From assembly GCA_048128005.1 (NCBI GenBank), contig JBEUKZ010000135.1:186001-250000 (forward strand): a stretch of 64,000 bases of DNA, read 5' to 3'. Source of the DNA: Veleropilina oligotropha. Lineage: Eukaryota. The position numbers were made by a program, and so were the translations under genes. Shown here one piece after another: positions 1 to 13,465 of the stretch. Positions within the stretch are counted from its first letter, which is position 1. The number at the start of each line of letters is the position of its first letter. The notes beneath the pieces are model-generated. The model ran no database searches and was not told the DNA's origin. It saw only the letters and a list, made by a program, of their open reading frames with translations.

Positions 1-3000
1 ACCTCAGAAGCAACCTCAGCTAAAGACATTGCAAATACTTTGGCAGATACATTTTCTGCCAATTCATCATCCGATAACTGTACACCAAAATTTACCCGTT
101 TCAAACATCAAAAGGAAAAAACAAGGCTAATCTTTAGATCTAACAATTCTGAATCATACAATCAACCATTTACACGCAAAGAACTCACAGATTCACTAAA
201 CAAGGCACATGACACATCAGCTGGTCCTGATGATATACAATATCAGTTACTAAAGCACTTACCTGAAACATCACTTGCAATGGTGTCAGCTCGATCGGCT
301 TCGAAAAGAAATTGCAATTGAAAAATTAAAAACTAGACGGTCTAATCAAAGGTTATTTTTATTTTACAAAATAGTAAATAATTTATGCCCACCGTACTTA
401 TATACGCTTTTACCTCCTACTATAGGACAGCTATCCCAGTATACAACAAGAAACAGTAGGACATATGCTATCCCCTTGGCGCACACTGAATCCTATAAAA
501 AATCTTTCTTCCCAGCGACAACAAACGACTGGAATAGATTACCAGCTGCTGTCAGGGAATCGGAATCATTGCAGATTTTCAAAAATAAATTTCGTAATCC
601 AGAGCACAACGTCAATCATTTTGATTATGAACTTGATCGGAAGTCGGCAATTGCTCATTGTAGAATAAGAAATCAGTGTAGTTGCCTAAACTATGACTTA
701 TATAGGATGAATATTATTAATAGCCCAGTATGCCTTTGTGGCTTCCCAATTGAAGACGCAAATCATTACTTTCTACACTGCCCGGAATATCACATCATTA
801 GACAGATTATGCTTAAGGATATTGGAATTCTAACTCCAATAAATACAATTCTATTTGGAAGAAATGAACTCGACACCGCCAGCAATATCTCAATTTTCAA
901 ATCGGACCAGAGTTTCATAAGAACATCTAACCGTTTTAATTAGTATCAAATTGTAAATATCTAAATAATAATAATAATAACGATATTTGCAAAGTGTGAT
1001 TCATAATTAGATTGGTAAATGTGTGCATTCAGTATACACCAATTATCGGTCAATAATAGTATCCATCCTTCTTTTATTTATTCATTTGAACCTATATCAC
1101 TTGCATAATTTTATATCCATATTATGTATTTTGTACACCACTTCTGTTACTTTGTGCATATTCCAACGGCGAGATGATTCCTATAGGCTTTGTCCTGTTT
1201 TAAAATCGCCATACTGTTAATATAGTTATACTTCAGTTATATATTATCCTCTGTAATAACTTAAATGTTATCTACTTTGTATACATATCTGCATTTGTAG
1301 TTACAATAAAATACGTTTAATCCAACTCTCCTTGCATTATTCAATACCATTTGGGAAACTGGAATCTTCCCATCCGCATGGAGGGAAGCTACCGTTATTC
1401 CAGTTCCCAAGGCAGGGAAAGATCCATCGCATGCAAACAGTTATCGACCTATAGCTCTGACGAGTTGTATTTGTAAAACCATGGAACGGATGATAAACGA
1501 GAGATTAGTTTGGTATCTTGAATCCAATAATTTATTAACATAATATCAAAGTGGATTCCGTAGGAACCGGAGCACAATTGATCATTTGGTACGTCTGGAA
1601 ACTTTTGTTCGTGAGGCCTTCTTAAACAGACAACACTTAGTTGCTGTTTTTTTCGATCTAGAGAAGGCCTACGATAGTACATGGAAGTACGGGATTATGA
1701 AAGATTTGTTTGATTTTGGCTTAAAGGGCAACTTGCCCACTTTTATCTCAAAATTCCTTGAGGACCGAATTTTTAAAGTCAAGGTGGGTGACACCCTCTC
1801 CGACCTTCACGACCAGGAGATGGGTGTCCCTCAAGGAAGTATTTTATCAGTCACCCTATTCAGTATTAAAATAAACAGTATTGTCAAATGTATTAGTACT
1901 GGCACTGACTGTTCATTATTTGTTGACGATTTTGGCATTTGCTATCGTTCAACAAATATGAACAGTATAGAACGCCAGTTACAACATGGCCTAAATAAAT
2001 TACAGATATGGTCCGATGAGAATGGATTTAAATTATCAAAGGACAAAACTAAATGCATGCACTTTTGCCAGCGTCGTGAAATACACGACGACCCTGTGCT
2101 GAAACTGGATGACTTTGAGATTCCAGTGGTGGACCAATTTAAATTTTTAGGCCTTATATTTGACCGCAAACTGACTTTCATACCTCACATCAAATATATT
2201 AAAGCTAAATGTCAGAAAGCTTTAAATTTAATGAAAGTAGTTTCTAATACTGAATGGGTGCTGATAAAAAAGTTTTACTCCGATTATATAGATCCTTAAT
2301 TAGATCAAAACTTGATTACGGGAGCATTGTATATGGGTCTGCTCGCCATTCATACCTTAAAATGCTTGATCCAATCCATAATCAAGGGCTTCGATTGACA
2401 CTAGGGGCTTTCCGTACATCACCCATGGAAAGCCTTTATGTCGAAGCAAACGAACCATCACTTACACATAGACGCGCAAAACTTTCACTGCAGTATGCAA
2501 TTAAATTAAAATCAAATCCATCTAATCCAGCTTTCGAAACTGTATTTACACCTAATTACGAAATTCTGTTTCGGGCAAAACCAAACAAAATTGCACCATT
2601 AGGCATTCGCATAAAACCAGCACTAGAAAAGTCAAACATAAATATAGATCAAATTAAAACAAATTACATTCCGGATACTCCACCATGGACACTAAAAGTA
2701 CCGGAAATTGACCTAGATCTTACATCACTCAAAAAATCAAATACAGACACAACAGATTATCTCACAAAATTGCACGATGTGAAATTAAAATAATCAGATC
2801 GTGCAAGTATATATACAGATGGTTCAAAAGATGCAGAATTAGTAGGAGCAGCCGCTGTCACTGGCAGACGATGTTTTCAAAACCGTCTGCCAGGCAGCGC
2901 GACTATATTTACTGCGGAACTAAAGGCAATCGAACTTGCACTCAATTTTATATCAACTAGTATTAATAGGCGTTTTATTATCTATTCAGACTCCCTCTCT

Positions 3001-3870
3001 AGCTTGCAAGCATTGAGGGAGATGAATAGAAACCCTCTTATTTATGATATTTTAATACAGTATAACAATCTTTTACCCTATAATGACATTATTTTATGCT
3101 GGATACCAAGTCACATTGGTATCCAAGGCAATGAGAAGGCTGACCAAGCTGCCAAGGCAGCCTCACATCTTAACCATACTCTAAATTGTAAATTACCCCA
3201 CTCTGATTTTAAACAAAACATAAACAAATATATAAATACTACTTGGCAGCACTCTTGGAGTGAATGCACAAGGAATAAATTGCATGCAATCAAGCCTCTT
3301 CTTGGCGAATGGGTTCCATCTTACAGGATCATTCGCCGCGAAGAGGTTGTCTTAGCTAGACTGAGAATTGGGCATTCCCACTACACTCACTGCTACCTGC
3401 TTAAGGGGGAGCCTCCACCTGAGTGTATTCCTTGTGCATGTGCCCTAACAATTAAACATATATTATTGGATTGTGTCGATTTGGATCTCGCACGCCAAAA
3501 GTACTTCCGGGCAAACTCGCTCCAAGAGTTATTTAGTCTCACTAAGCTCGAAGCTTTATTCGAGTTTTTAAAACAAGTAAATATGTTCTACAAGTTATAA
3601 TTTATATTTTATTTTTAATAGTATTTATTTCACAAATTTCAGATTTTGTTTTTTATTATTATACTTGTTTGTATCAACCATTTTATCATCACTAGCATTT
3701 TATTTTATTGCTTTGTTTTTATCTAAATTTACATTGTTTTTACTTGCCTTTTTATCGATATTTATATATTTTAACCTGTAAATATACCAATCACGATCAT
3801 TTTTATTTTATTGACCCGATTATGACTGAAATAATGTCGGCGTGGTCGTTACACATCAAATCAAATCAAA
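1..3870 (+). mobile_element. I/Nimb-clade non-LTR retrotransposon (family 1, (TCAAA)n tail); 5' part outside window; disrupted ORF2 (RT + RNase H + C-terminal Cys/His motif)
   Basis: ORF pieces 40-280, 1586-2299, 2254-2793 and 3004-3600 carry RT motifs (FFDLEKAYD, GVPQGSILS, FVDD), RNase H motifs (YTDGS, WIPSHIGIQGNEKAD) and ECIPC...HILLDC. Frameshift near 2255 and stop at 2791. T-rich 3' UTR and (TCAAA)3 tail end at 3870, directly followed by tandem-unit sequence. Confidence 0.9.
281..1325 (+). mobile_element. 5'-truncated CR1-group LINE 3' fragment nested in the I/Nimb element (clade unresolved)
   Basis: Host frame ...LPETSLA|TLLALFNTIWETG rejoins cleanly when 281-1325 is removed, with a possible 3-bp CAA duplication. 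The insert encodes an ORF2 C-terminus (RLFLFYKIVNNLCPPYL, SFFPATTNDWNRLP, CLCG..EDANHYFLHC), then a 3' UTR with AATAAA at 1305-1310. Confidence 0.8.
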
Positions 3871-5952
3871 TCTCTTAGTTCAGATGACGCCGTCTCGCCA
3901 TACTCTCAAAATACAATTTTAAATTTTAAATTTCTACTCTCTCTGTGATGCAAAAAGTCTTCAATTGCTTCTCTATGGTGATACAGAGTTGCAGCCCCTT
4001 CCGGATACTGTTTACACGTCATAGCTATTTCATGTTCATTTCTGCTTATCTATATTTAGGATAGGGGTAGTTTCGACCCCTATCCGCACAGCTTCTTTTT
4101 CAAATTCACTATAAACATCACGTAACTCATCCATCATTTAATGTTACCAAATTTGTTTTATTATGTTGCATATATCATATAATATAGACTATTGAACCAA
4201 TGCAATATTCGCACAATTCATAGCCATGCTATCAGTTCACAACACTAATTAGGCCTGTGCGTTGGGATACCTACTACCATATATGACCTAATATGGTTAT
4301 AGCTCTGTAAGACTGCAGAAATTGACCAGCATAATTTTACTTAAGACTTTATAAACGATAGTCAGCTCACCTTCATGCAATTCTTAAACAAAACAGCTGC
4401 CATTTCTACGATGATTATGCTGTTCACAGCCAATTTGCAAAATGATTGCAAGAAATTGCGCCGGTGTAATTTGACAATCTTCATATTTTCATCCGCATCA
4501 TCTATATCAAATGCAACACATATTTAAATCATGACAAAAGTCGTTATTCATATAACATAAAATGTAAAGTGATCCACACAAAAAGATATAAACATAATAG
4601 GACCAATGTGCAAAATACAAATCTGTACATTCTTCAAACTGTCGATGCACGTCATAAACACATGACAAACATTGTATGTACTTTTAAATGTATCTTTTGC
4701 ACAGTAGAACCTGGGACCAGCATACAAAAATGTTATATACTTATTATCGTACTAGAGCAAAGTCAATATTCGTACTATGTACCAATTTCACCATTGGAAA
4801 TGTAAACTTATGGCAATTCTACCCTTTCGCTACAACAGCATCAATTTTACATATAAATCATCGAAGCCAACATAACACAGCATTCATGTGATAAATACAT
4901 TTATATCATGATAACATATTAATGCATTTTAAAGATCACTTTTTCAAAACAACACGACCACATTTTTCCTTTTTATTATATAATATAGGATATGGAAATG
5001 TTAAATAATAGATATATTTTATTTTCCTTTCGTTGTTATAATATAATTATATACAATAACATCAAATAATGTATTATTAGGCCTAATGAAGAGCTTCTAG
5101 CATCTATATTCTGTATTTCTTGCTAGTCTTGATGGCCTAGAAATAGAAACAAATAATAATATTAAAATACTATTTAAATAAATAATATTAATATATTAGT
5201 TAATAGTTTAATATGGATCAAGAAACCCTTTACTGGTACTGTAATCCGTGAACATTACTCTATACGCGGGCTCATTGAAAGCGAGGACGTTTTGACTCTG
5301 AAAGCGAGGACGTTTTGGCAAAGGGACGATTTGACTGGATACCAAAAAAGCTCGCCGGCCGTGTTTTCTCCCGCTCCCGGCTATTAATCTAAATTTTCTT
5401 TATTTCAACCTTGCAACTCGAGTTTTCGGTTGTAAGGTTGCTATAAAGCACTATACTTAACAACCGCTAGGTTGATTTTGTAATATATATTGTTAATTTT
5501 GTGTATTTGAAGGTTGAAATTTGGCAAAAGGGTTGTCAACAAACCACTAGCGAGAGTTATCTCCCGTTAGTATTGTTACGAAACAACACTTGTGCGTCGC
5601 GAATTTCACCAGCGACACCCTTCAAATACACTTGTATCTTAATTTTATTATTTATTAGCGGACCGCTAGTTTTATTTTTATTTATTTCGGGTTTTATTCA
5701 TCAAAAAAGTTGTTTTTGGCGAGTTTAAACTTAACATCCGGGTTCTACACCCAGCTAGCGGTTTATATTAGGCTTTGCATAGCGGTGAAATCGACATCTA
5801 AAGGCTGCCGCCTTTGTTCTCTCGCCGGTGGCCACCGTTTCGTACGAAACAATAGCCGCCTACCAGCAACTTATTTATAGTATTTTGTTGCTTGGCTTTC
5901 GAACCTGTTTGTTTAATATAATTATTATAAAAGGGGCAGTGGCCTGAATATT

Positions 5953-6663
5953 ATGGCGTCTTCTGTAGCCAGACCACTGTCCCTTCGATTAGACACAAGG
6001 CACGATAAGACGGCGGCAGTGGACGTGTATCGTGCCTCGAGGGGGGGTTATTGTAACAGGCCCCGGCCTTATTACGGGCCTGATCCATATAAGAAAATCT
6101 ATATGGAAAGTCTCTGTGGCCACGCCGGCCATCAGAGACAAGTTAATAGATAGCGGTCTTGCTATCAGCGGGGTTAGCTGCCCGCTACATCCCGTTGATG
6201 TAAACCGGGTGCTAATCAACGTCAGAGTTCCTTTAGAAATCTCTGACGTCGATATTAAGGAGGCCTTTTCGGTCTTTGGGCGGGTAGAGTCTATGGTACG
6301 TGAGCACCACGATTTTGACACCACGGTCGCCACCGGTGTGAGTAAGGTGTGGATGACGCGAGTCACCCGCACTATTATGAACACCCTATACATCGGTGGT
6401 ATGTATCTACCCGTCTGGTACAACGAACCATCAGATGACCAAATTGATACCGATACTATTATAGAGGACCTTGCTTCGGAAATTGTTGCTGCTGCCACGA
6501 AGGGTGGGAGGGCGGAAGCAGCCAAATTACACCGGCAGACGGAGAGCCCCGAACCACCTGGGCCGCTTCCTCCTTCCACGATCCAATGGAAAGCGATGAA
6601 CCATTGGATCGCCAGCATAAACCGAAACCTGATATAAAGCCCGTAGTTCCACCGAACAAATAG
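5953..6663 (+). pseudogene. Frameshifted copy A of the chimeric Tx1/L1-like ORF1
   Basis: Same sequence as 27527-28237, but with +1 G in the G-run near 6045 and -1 A near 6578. Confidence 0.75.
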
Positions 6664-6719
6664 ACAAATTTAAACATAACATTACACACAAATATACGAA
6701 TACACACCATTAAACCAGC

Positions 6720-9700
6720 ATGTCAGGCACAATACTACAATGGAATTGTAGAGGCATTAAACCCAATATTGATGAGATCAGTCTATTAATAAAAGAACAC
6801 AAACCAATAGCATTTTGTCTCAATGAAACTTACATGAAACATACGCAATAAAGATCACTCACTATATAATCACATTGTCACAACAGGTGACAAGGCTACA
6901 GGGGGGGGGGGGGTTTCAATCATCATCAACAACAAAACACCACACAGCCAGGTCAACTTAAACACCAACGTACAGGCAGTAGCGGTGAAAATATCGATTC
7001 ACCGAGTAATAAATATCTGCTCGGTATACTTACCACCTGGTCCAAACTTACGACCTACTGACCTTGACAATATCATCGATCAGTTACCGACCCCATTTGT
7101 ACTGTGTGTCGTTTTTAATGCCCACAGTGCGCGATGTGGCGGTACTGACACAGACAAACGGTGACATTACATAGAGGACTTTATTGGGAAACACAATCTG
7201 TGTTTATTTAATAATACAAAATCGCCAACATACATGCATCCAGCTACAGGCTCACTTACCACCATTGACCTTACCATGTGCGACCCATCTGCTTTCCTGG
7301 ACTTTACTTGGAAAGTTGGTGAGGACCTCCGTGGAAGCGACCACTTTCCAATTTTCCTGGAAAGCACAATTAACCAAGCACAAGAACACACAGAAAGGTG
7401 GAAACTTCACAAAGCAGATTGGGGGAAATTCCAATCTCTTTGTGAAGACCAATTACACGAAGGTCACCTTACTAATGGCGAAGACCCAATATCAAGTTTC
7501 GCTACAACACTACCCGACATTGCAACACTATCAATTCCAAAAACCTGTCCAAATGCCAAACACAAAAGCAAACCTTGGTTTAATGAAGACTGCAGACAAG
7601 CAATCAAAGCACGCATACATGCAATTTCAACATTTAAACAGTACCCAACACTACAAAATCTTAATAGCTTTAGGCTATTAAGAGCACAAGCCAGACGTAC
7701 CATCAAGCATAGCAAAAGGGAATCCTGGAATTCCTACGTTACCAAATTAAACTATCGTTCTACTATTAAAAAAACATGGGATATGATCCGTAAAATCAGC
7801 GGCAAGCATACACCCAACTGCATCAAGCATTTTAAAACAACCAATTCAGAAGCCAACACGGCTAAAGACATCGCAAACACCTTGGCAGACACATTTTCTG
7901 CCAATTCATCATCCGACAACTGCACTCCAAAATTCAGCCATTTTAAACATCAAAAAGAAAAAACAAGGCTCAATTTGAAAGATACATCACATCCCAACAG
8001 TTATCGACCCATAGCCCTGACGAGTTGTATTTGTTAAACCATGGAAAGGATGATAAACGAGAGATTAGTTTGGTACTTAGAATCAAATAATTTACTTACA
8101 GAATATCAATGTGGGTTCCGGCGCAACCGGAGCACCACAGATCACTTGGTACGTCTGGAAACTTTTGTTCGTGAGGCCTTCCTAAACAGACATTTAGTTG
8201 CTGTATTTTTCGATCTAGAGAAGGCATACGACACTACTTGGAAGTACGGGATTATGAAGGATTTGTTTGATGTTGGTTTAAAGGGCCACTTGCCCAATTT
8301 TATTTCGAAATTCCTTGAGGATAGAAATTTTCAAGTGAAGGTGGGTGACACCCTCTCCGATATCCACGACCAGGAGATGGGTGTCCCTCAAGGAAGCATT
8401 TTATCAGTCACCCTATTCAGTATTAAGATCAACAGTATCGTAAAATGTTTTAGTACTGGCACTGACTGTTCTTTATTTGTTGACGATTTTGGCATTTGCT
8501 ATCGTTCAACAAATATGAACAGTATAGAACGCCAGCTACAACACGGCCTAAATAAATTACAGATATGGTCCGAAGAGAATGGATTTAAATTCTCAAAGGA
8601 CAAAACTAAATGCATGCATTTCTGCCAGCATCGTGAAATTCATGACGACCCTGTGCTAAAACTTGATGACTTTGAGATTCCAGTCGTGGACCAATTTAAA
8701 TTTTTAGGCCTTATATTTGACCGCAAACTGACTTTCTTACCTCATATAAAATATATCAAAGCTAAATGCAAGAACGCTTTGAATCTAATGAAAGTAGTTT
8801 CTAATACTGAATGGGGTGCTGATAAAACAGTTTTATTACGACTATACAGATCATTAATAAGATCAAAACTTGATTATGGGAGCATAGTATATGGCTCTGC
8901 TCGCCATTCATATCTTAAAATGCTTGATCCAATCCATAATCAAGGGCTTCGACTTGCACTTGGGGCTTTCCGCACATCACCCATGGAAAGCCTCTATGTC
9001 GAAGCCAATGAACCATCTCTTACACACAGACGTGAAAAATTATCACTGCAATATGCAATCAAATTAAAATCACACCCAGCTTTCGAAACTGTATTTACAC
9101 CTAATTACGAAAATTTATTTCTGGCAAAACCAAACAAAATTGCACCATTCGGCATCCGCATTAAACCAGCGCTTGAAAACGCAGGCATACATTTAAGTCA
9201 AATTAAAAAAAATCACATTTCTTTTACGCCACCATGGACACTAAAAGCACCGGTGATTGACCTGCAGCTTGCATCACTCAAAAAATCAAACACAGACACA
9301 TCAGATTATCTCACAAAAGTGCACGATTTGAAACTGAAATACTCAGATCGTACAAAGCATATACACAGATGGTTCAAAAGATGCAGAATTAGTAGGAGCA
9401 GCCGCTGTCACTGGCAGACAATGTTTTCAAAACCGTCTGCCAGGCAGCGCGACTATATATACTGAAGAACTAAAAGCAATAGAGCTTGCTCTTAATTTTA
9501 TCTCTACAAGTACTAAACGGCGTTTTATTATCTTTTCAGACTCCCTCTCTAGCTTACAAGCACAGAGGGAGATGAATAGAAATGTTATTGTTCAGGAAAT
9601 TTTATTGAACTATAACAACCTTTTACCTGATAATGACATTATTTATTGCTGGATACCGAGCCATATCGGTATCCAAGGCAATGAGAAGGCTGACCAAGCT

Positions 9701-9942
9701 GCCAAGGCAGCCTCATATTTTAACAATATCTAAATTGTAGATTACCACACTCAGATTTTAAACAAAGCATAAACAAATATATAAATTCTACTTGGCAGCA
9801 CTCTTGGAGTGAATGCACAAGGAATAAATTGCAGAATGTTCAACCTCTTCTTGGTGATTGGGGCCCCTCTTGCAGAACAACTCGGCGAGAGGAGGTCGTC
9901 TTGGCCAGAGTGAGGATTGGACATTCTCACTACACTCACTGC
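6720..9942 (+). pseudogene. Decayed I/Nimb family-1 ORF2 (EN-RT-RNase H) belonging to the tandem unit, copy A
   Basis: Starts MSGTILQWNCRG; APE motifs (SDHFPI), RT and RNase H motifs present. Stops and frameshifts, an ~230-bp internal deletion relative to the 1-3870 copy (KTRLNL|KDTSHPNSYRP), and 3' truncation at ...CACTACACTCACTGC. Confidence 0.9.
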
Positions 9943-10992
9943 GCCCTTATGCAATAGGCTACCATTAGGTATCCCAACTAAAAATTACAAACTAGAATTA
10001 ATCTTGTTTGACATATCTCAAGTGAATGAAGTGTAAAAATGAAGTAAATAGCTTTTTATTTCAAGCAAATCGGACAATCTGTTTTCATTTTATGGCATTT
10101 TTTAAACCATCGGTTTCCGGTTTCGAAAAATTTCTGAACAAGTCTCTAGCTTTGAAGAGAGATTTTCAAGATGAGCTAAAAAGATTATTAGAAGAGACAA
10201 TGGTCTGAAAGAGTGCATACTTGCTGTACAAGTTATATTACCAAGTAATATAGGAATAATTGGCTATATATTGGGCACAAAAAAGTTATAGAACTATGAA
10301 TGAAGCATGATGGAATCATTTGACAAGAAAATATGTCATCGCGAATTCTTGCCAAAATGGTCAAGGAGACATTTTCCAAGACACATAATTTAAAAGTTAT
10401 TGACTCCACAATGCTGAAATTGCTTGTACTATGGTTAACAGTACTTCGTTATTATATCCATTATCAAAATATCAAAATATCCATTGGCCCGAAAGACAAA
10501 ATCTGGACATTTTAGTCAAAATTGCAAACATTTTGAACATTCATAAATAAAGAACCAGAAGAGATAAAGCCTTCAAATTTGGAATACTCTTTAATAAAGA
10601 TAGAATCAATATCAAGATTTATTTGTGATATCATATCTATAATATTATGTGCAAATATATAACATTAAATATGATGCAAAATGACAAATGTCTTTCATCA
10701 TTATGTTCATTACACAATTTAGTTTACATATAGTAGCAATAAATGAGACAAAAACTATTTATTTAGGTAAAGCATATATCCAGAACAGAAATATATAATA
10801 GAAAGAAATGATTGCTATTTATACATTTTACATAATAATAATCATAATCCACCATCTGATGAATTCAATATCCATTCATGTTCATGTGAAGCCAACAGCG
10901 ACAGCAATTAACAGATACAATGTATCATTCCCATTTGAGAAGTTATCACAAATGATTTGTACAAATTAATAAATATTAAAATATGAATCATG

Positions 10993-12330
10993 TCACAGGA
11001 TGTGACCAAAGTTAATATAATTTATAAACCAATTTACAGGTCTACACAATCCAATTCTGAAAAAGTACATGTTTTTGTAATCCTCAAATATGCTGTTAAT
11101 ATAGTCAACCTCGGGCACATTCCATGTCCTTCCATTACTTGTATTAACATCAAAGTTATGAACTACAACAAATTTACTTTCAACTGTTGAAACATCATCA
11201 ACACGTGGCCACTTAAATGTGTTTTTGGCACTCTTTGACATAAACTGAAGAACAGCATTAATTTATCACAATCTATGACATCAATAACAGTTCCTATGAA
11301 AAATTCAGAAAGGTTCATTAATTATAATCCTTTTATTGGCAGCATCAAGATCGTCACTGGCTATACGCTTGCCATTTTCTACCCTCTGGTCGTGAATCCT
11401 ATCAATTATTTGTACGGCAGTGGACAGAGTTAAGATGTCCTTTAATGCTTTACAGAGCTCACTAGCACATTTGTTACCAAATATCAACTGTTTGTCTTTA
11501 ACACCCAAGATGGTCTTTAAATATCTCATTTCGTTTTTCAAAGCCTATCTCATCTTTGCGTCAGACTCGCAAAGTTTCATCACCAAATCCACATCAATGC
11601 AAGTTATGCATGGCCCTCTTTGCCGTTGAACAGTGTCAATTAAATGGACCTTATGTTCAGTCTTTTTGGATTCCTTTTCTTTCATTTGCGATTGCACTCG
11701 TCAGGTTTTTCTTTCATCAAGTTCACTACCTTTTTCTCATATTCAACATATTTTTGTCTCGCCCCGAAGGGAAAGCGAGACTTTGGGATTACATTTTCCG
11801 GCGTCGTCGGCGTTGGCGTCATTTTCGGTTAAAGTTTTTTCGGTTAAAGTTTTTCATTGAATGGAATTTTCTGATACATGGATATATATATTTAAAGGGC
11901 GAGACATATCGGACCGTGGTTCTTGTTGTCTGTATTCAACACTCTTTTTCCTACACAGTGCTAATAACTTTGCTTGGTCGGCTGGTGAATTTTCACAAAA
12001 ATATACAGATAGTGTCTTGTTGCGCTTAACAATTTGGACACCTGAGTGAAAGTATAGCGACGCATGATGCTTTTTGAACTGAGAAAAATCAAGGTCTCCA
12101 AATTCATGCTCAGACACAAGATTGGTAAGTTTACAGTGATACATTGATTCTCTTAGTTCAGATGACGCCGTCTCACCATACTCTCAAAATACAATTTTCA
12201 ATTTTAAATTTCTACTCTCTCTGTGATGCAAATAGTCTTCAATTGCTTCTCTATGGTGATACAGAGTTGCAGCCCCTTCCGGATACTGTTTACACGTCAT
12301 AGCTATTTCATGTTCATTTCTGCTTATCTA
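10993..12330 (-). pseudogene. Degenerate DNA-transposase-like remnant within the tandem unit (also in copies B-D); superfamily not assigned
   Basis: Collinear minus-strand fragments: EGAATLYHHREAIEDYL, CKLTNLVSEHEFGDLD...VKRNKT, MRYLKTILGVK..., KNTFKWPRVDDV. The frame rejoins (KKSVEYRQ|YVEYEKK) across the HINE-like insert. Transposase identity is inferred from resemblance only. Confidence 0.45.
11751..11927 (+). mobile_element. Non-autonomous Helentron-associated (HINE/DINE-1-like) element; other copies 33332-33504 and 56334-56506
   Basis: Sub-terminal inverted repeats TGTCTCGCCC and GGGCGAGACA; 5' fold-back GTCTCGC...GCGAGAC; GGCGTC/GTC microsatellite; 3' hairpin GGACC-GT-GGTTC followed by TTGTT; T-rich target; interrupts a reading frame. 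Confidence 0.7.
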
Positions 12331-12346
12331 TATTTAGGATAGGGGT

Positions 12347-12794
12347 TAGTCTTGAGACCAATAACGTTCTCTATTGGGACACACGATTATTGTGTCCTAT
12401 TACGAAGTTGGATCTAATTAACTCGGTTGTGTAATTATAACAATTCAAGATTCTGTCCAGCAGGTACTCCGTTCCACTATTATTGGAACAACGCAAGCCT
12501 TTGATGATGGTTAAATATTTACTAAGCTAACATATATACATGAGTATCCAGCAACACTAAATTTCTAGAAGACACTAACCTATTTTGTTTCCTACAGCCA
12601 ATTTATTCTGCATCAGCCAGGCTTATCTGCGAAAGTCATTAACCCCAAAGTTGACTTTTACAAAGTTGACAAGAGGACATCCGCCAATGGACAAGACTGC
12701 CTCAAGTTACCAATTTGCTGCATTGGAATGGAAACCGACCACACACACACACTGTCTGACAATTAAAAGAGCAATTATATTTCCCTTTTATCCA
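12347..12794 (-). repeat. 3' LTR of BEL/Pao element
   Basis: Direct repeat of 19225-19672; only two substitutions noticed by eye; minus-strand ends TG...TA. Confidence 0.95.
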
Positions 12795-12806
12795 TTCTCC
12801 TCTTCC
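12795..12806 (-). promoter_or_regulatory. Polypurine tract (GGAAGAGGAGAA)
   Basis: All-purine run on the minus strand immediately before the TG of the 3' LTR. Confidence 0.85.
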
Positions 12807-13465
12807 TTGATATGTCACAGGCATGTCAACAATTGAACCAACACTATAATCATAATTTAAAATAGTAAACTATATGAAAGTTAAATAAGGCTTGGCTGAT
12901 TGCGTCATAATTGGCTAATACGATTTTATAACACCTATAATACGAATTATATTAATAATATTAACTATTCATTCAATTTATATAAAATGATATAATTATA
13001 TACTATATAATAAAATATTACTGCAATACTATAAATGCCTTACGGCTTACTCGAACAAAATAAGTAACACTAATTAAGAATCAGAAATACTGATAAAAGC
13101 TTAAGGTGCTATGTAAATACTTTTCCATGACCAATATTAATAACTATTTAATGTTTCGAATTTTATCTTCTTTGAAGTACTTCAAATTTATATGATTATA
13201 ATGAACACTCAAATGAATAATTGAATAGTTAATTAATTAATTTTGCATTAATCTTTTACACCATCTATAGAGTCCATAAATATACTTCCCAACGTAAGTC
13301 CATGGTTGGAAAAATCATAATTTTCTTCCAGTAATCCATAAAATGTCCAAGTAGTAATCCAAAATGCACCAATGTCAAAGAAACTGTACATTATTAAATT
13401 CACTGAATTAGACCATCACGGGATAGACTGTCCTCAGGTCTAGGGGATTATTCTGCCCCATCACT

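Noticed and set aside
4569..5728. Short recurring ORFs (67-78 aa here; up to 142 aa in sister copies) as host genes
   Set aside because: AT-rich, no motifs, lengths vary between copies, and they recur only because the unit is repeated.
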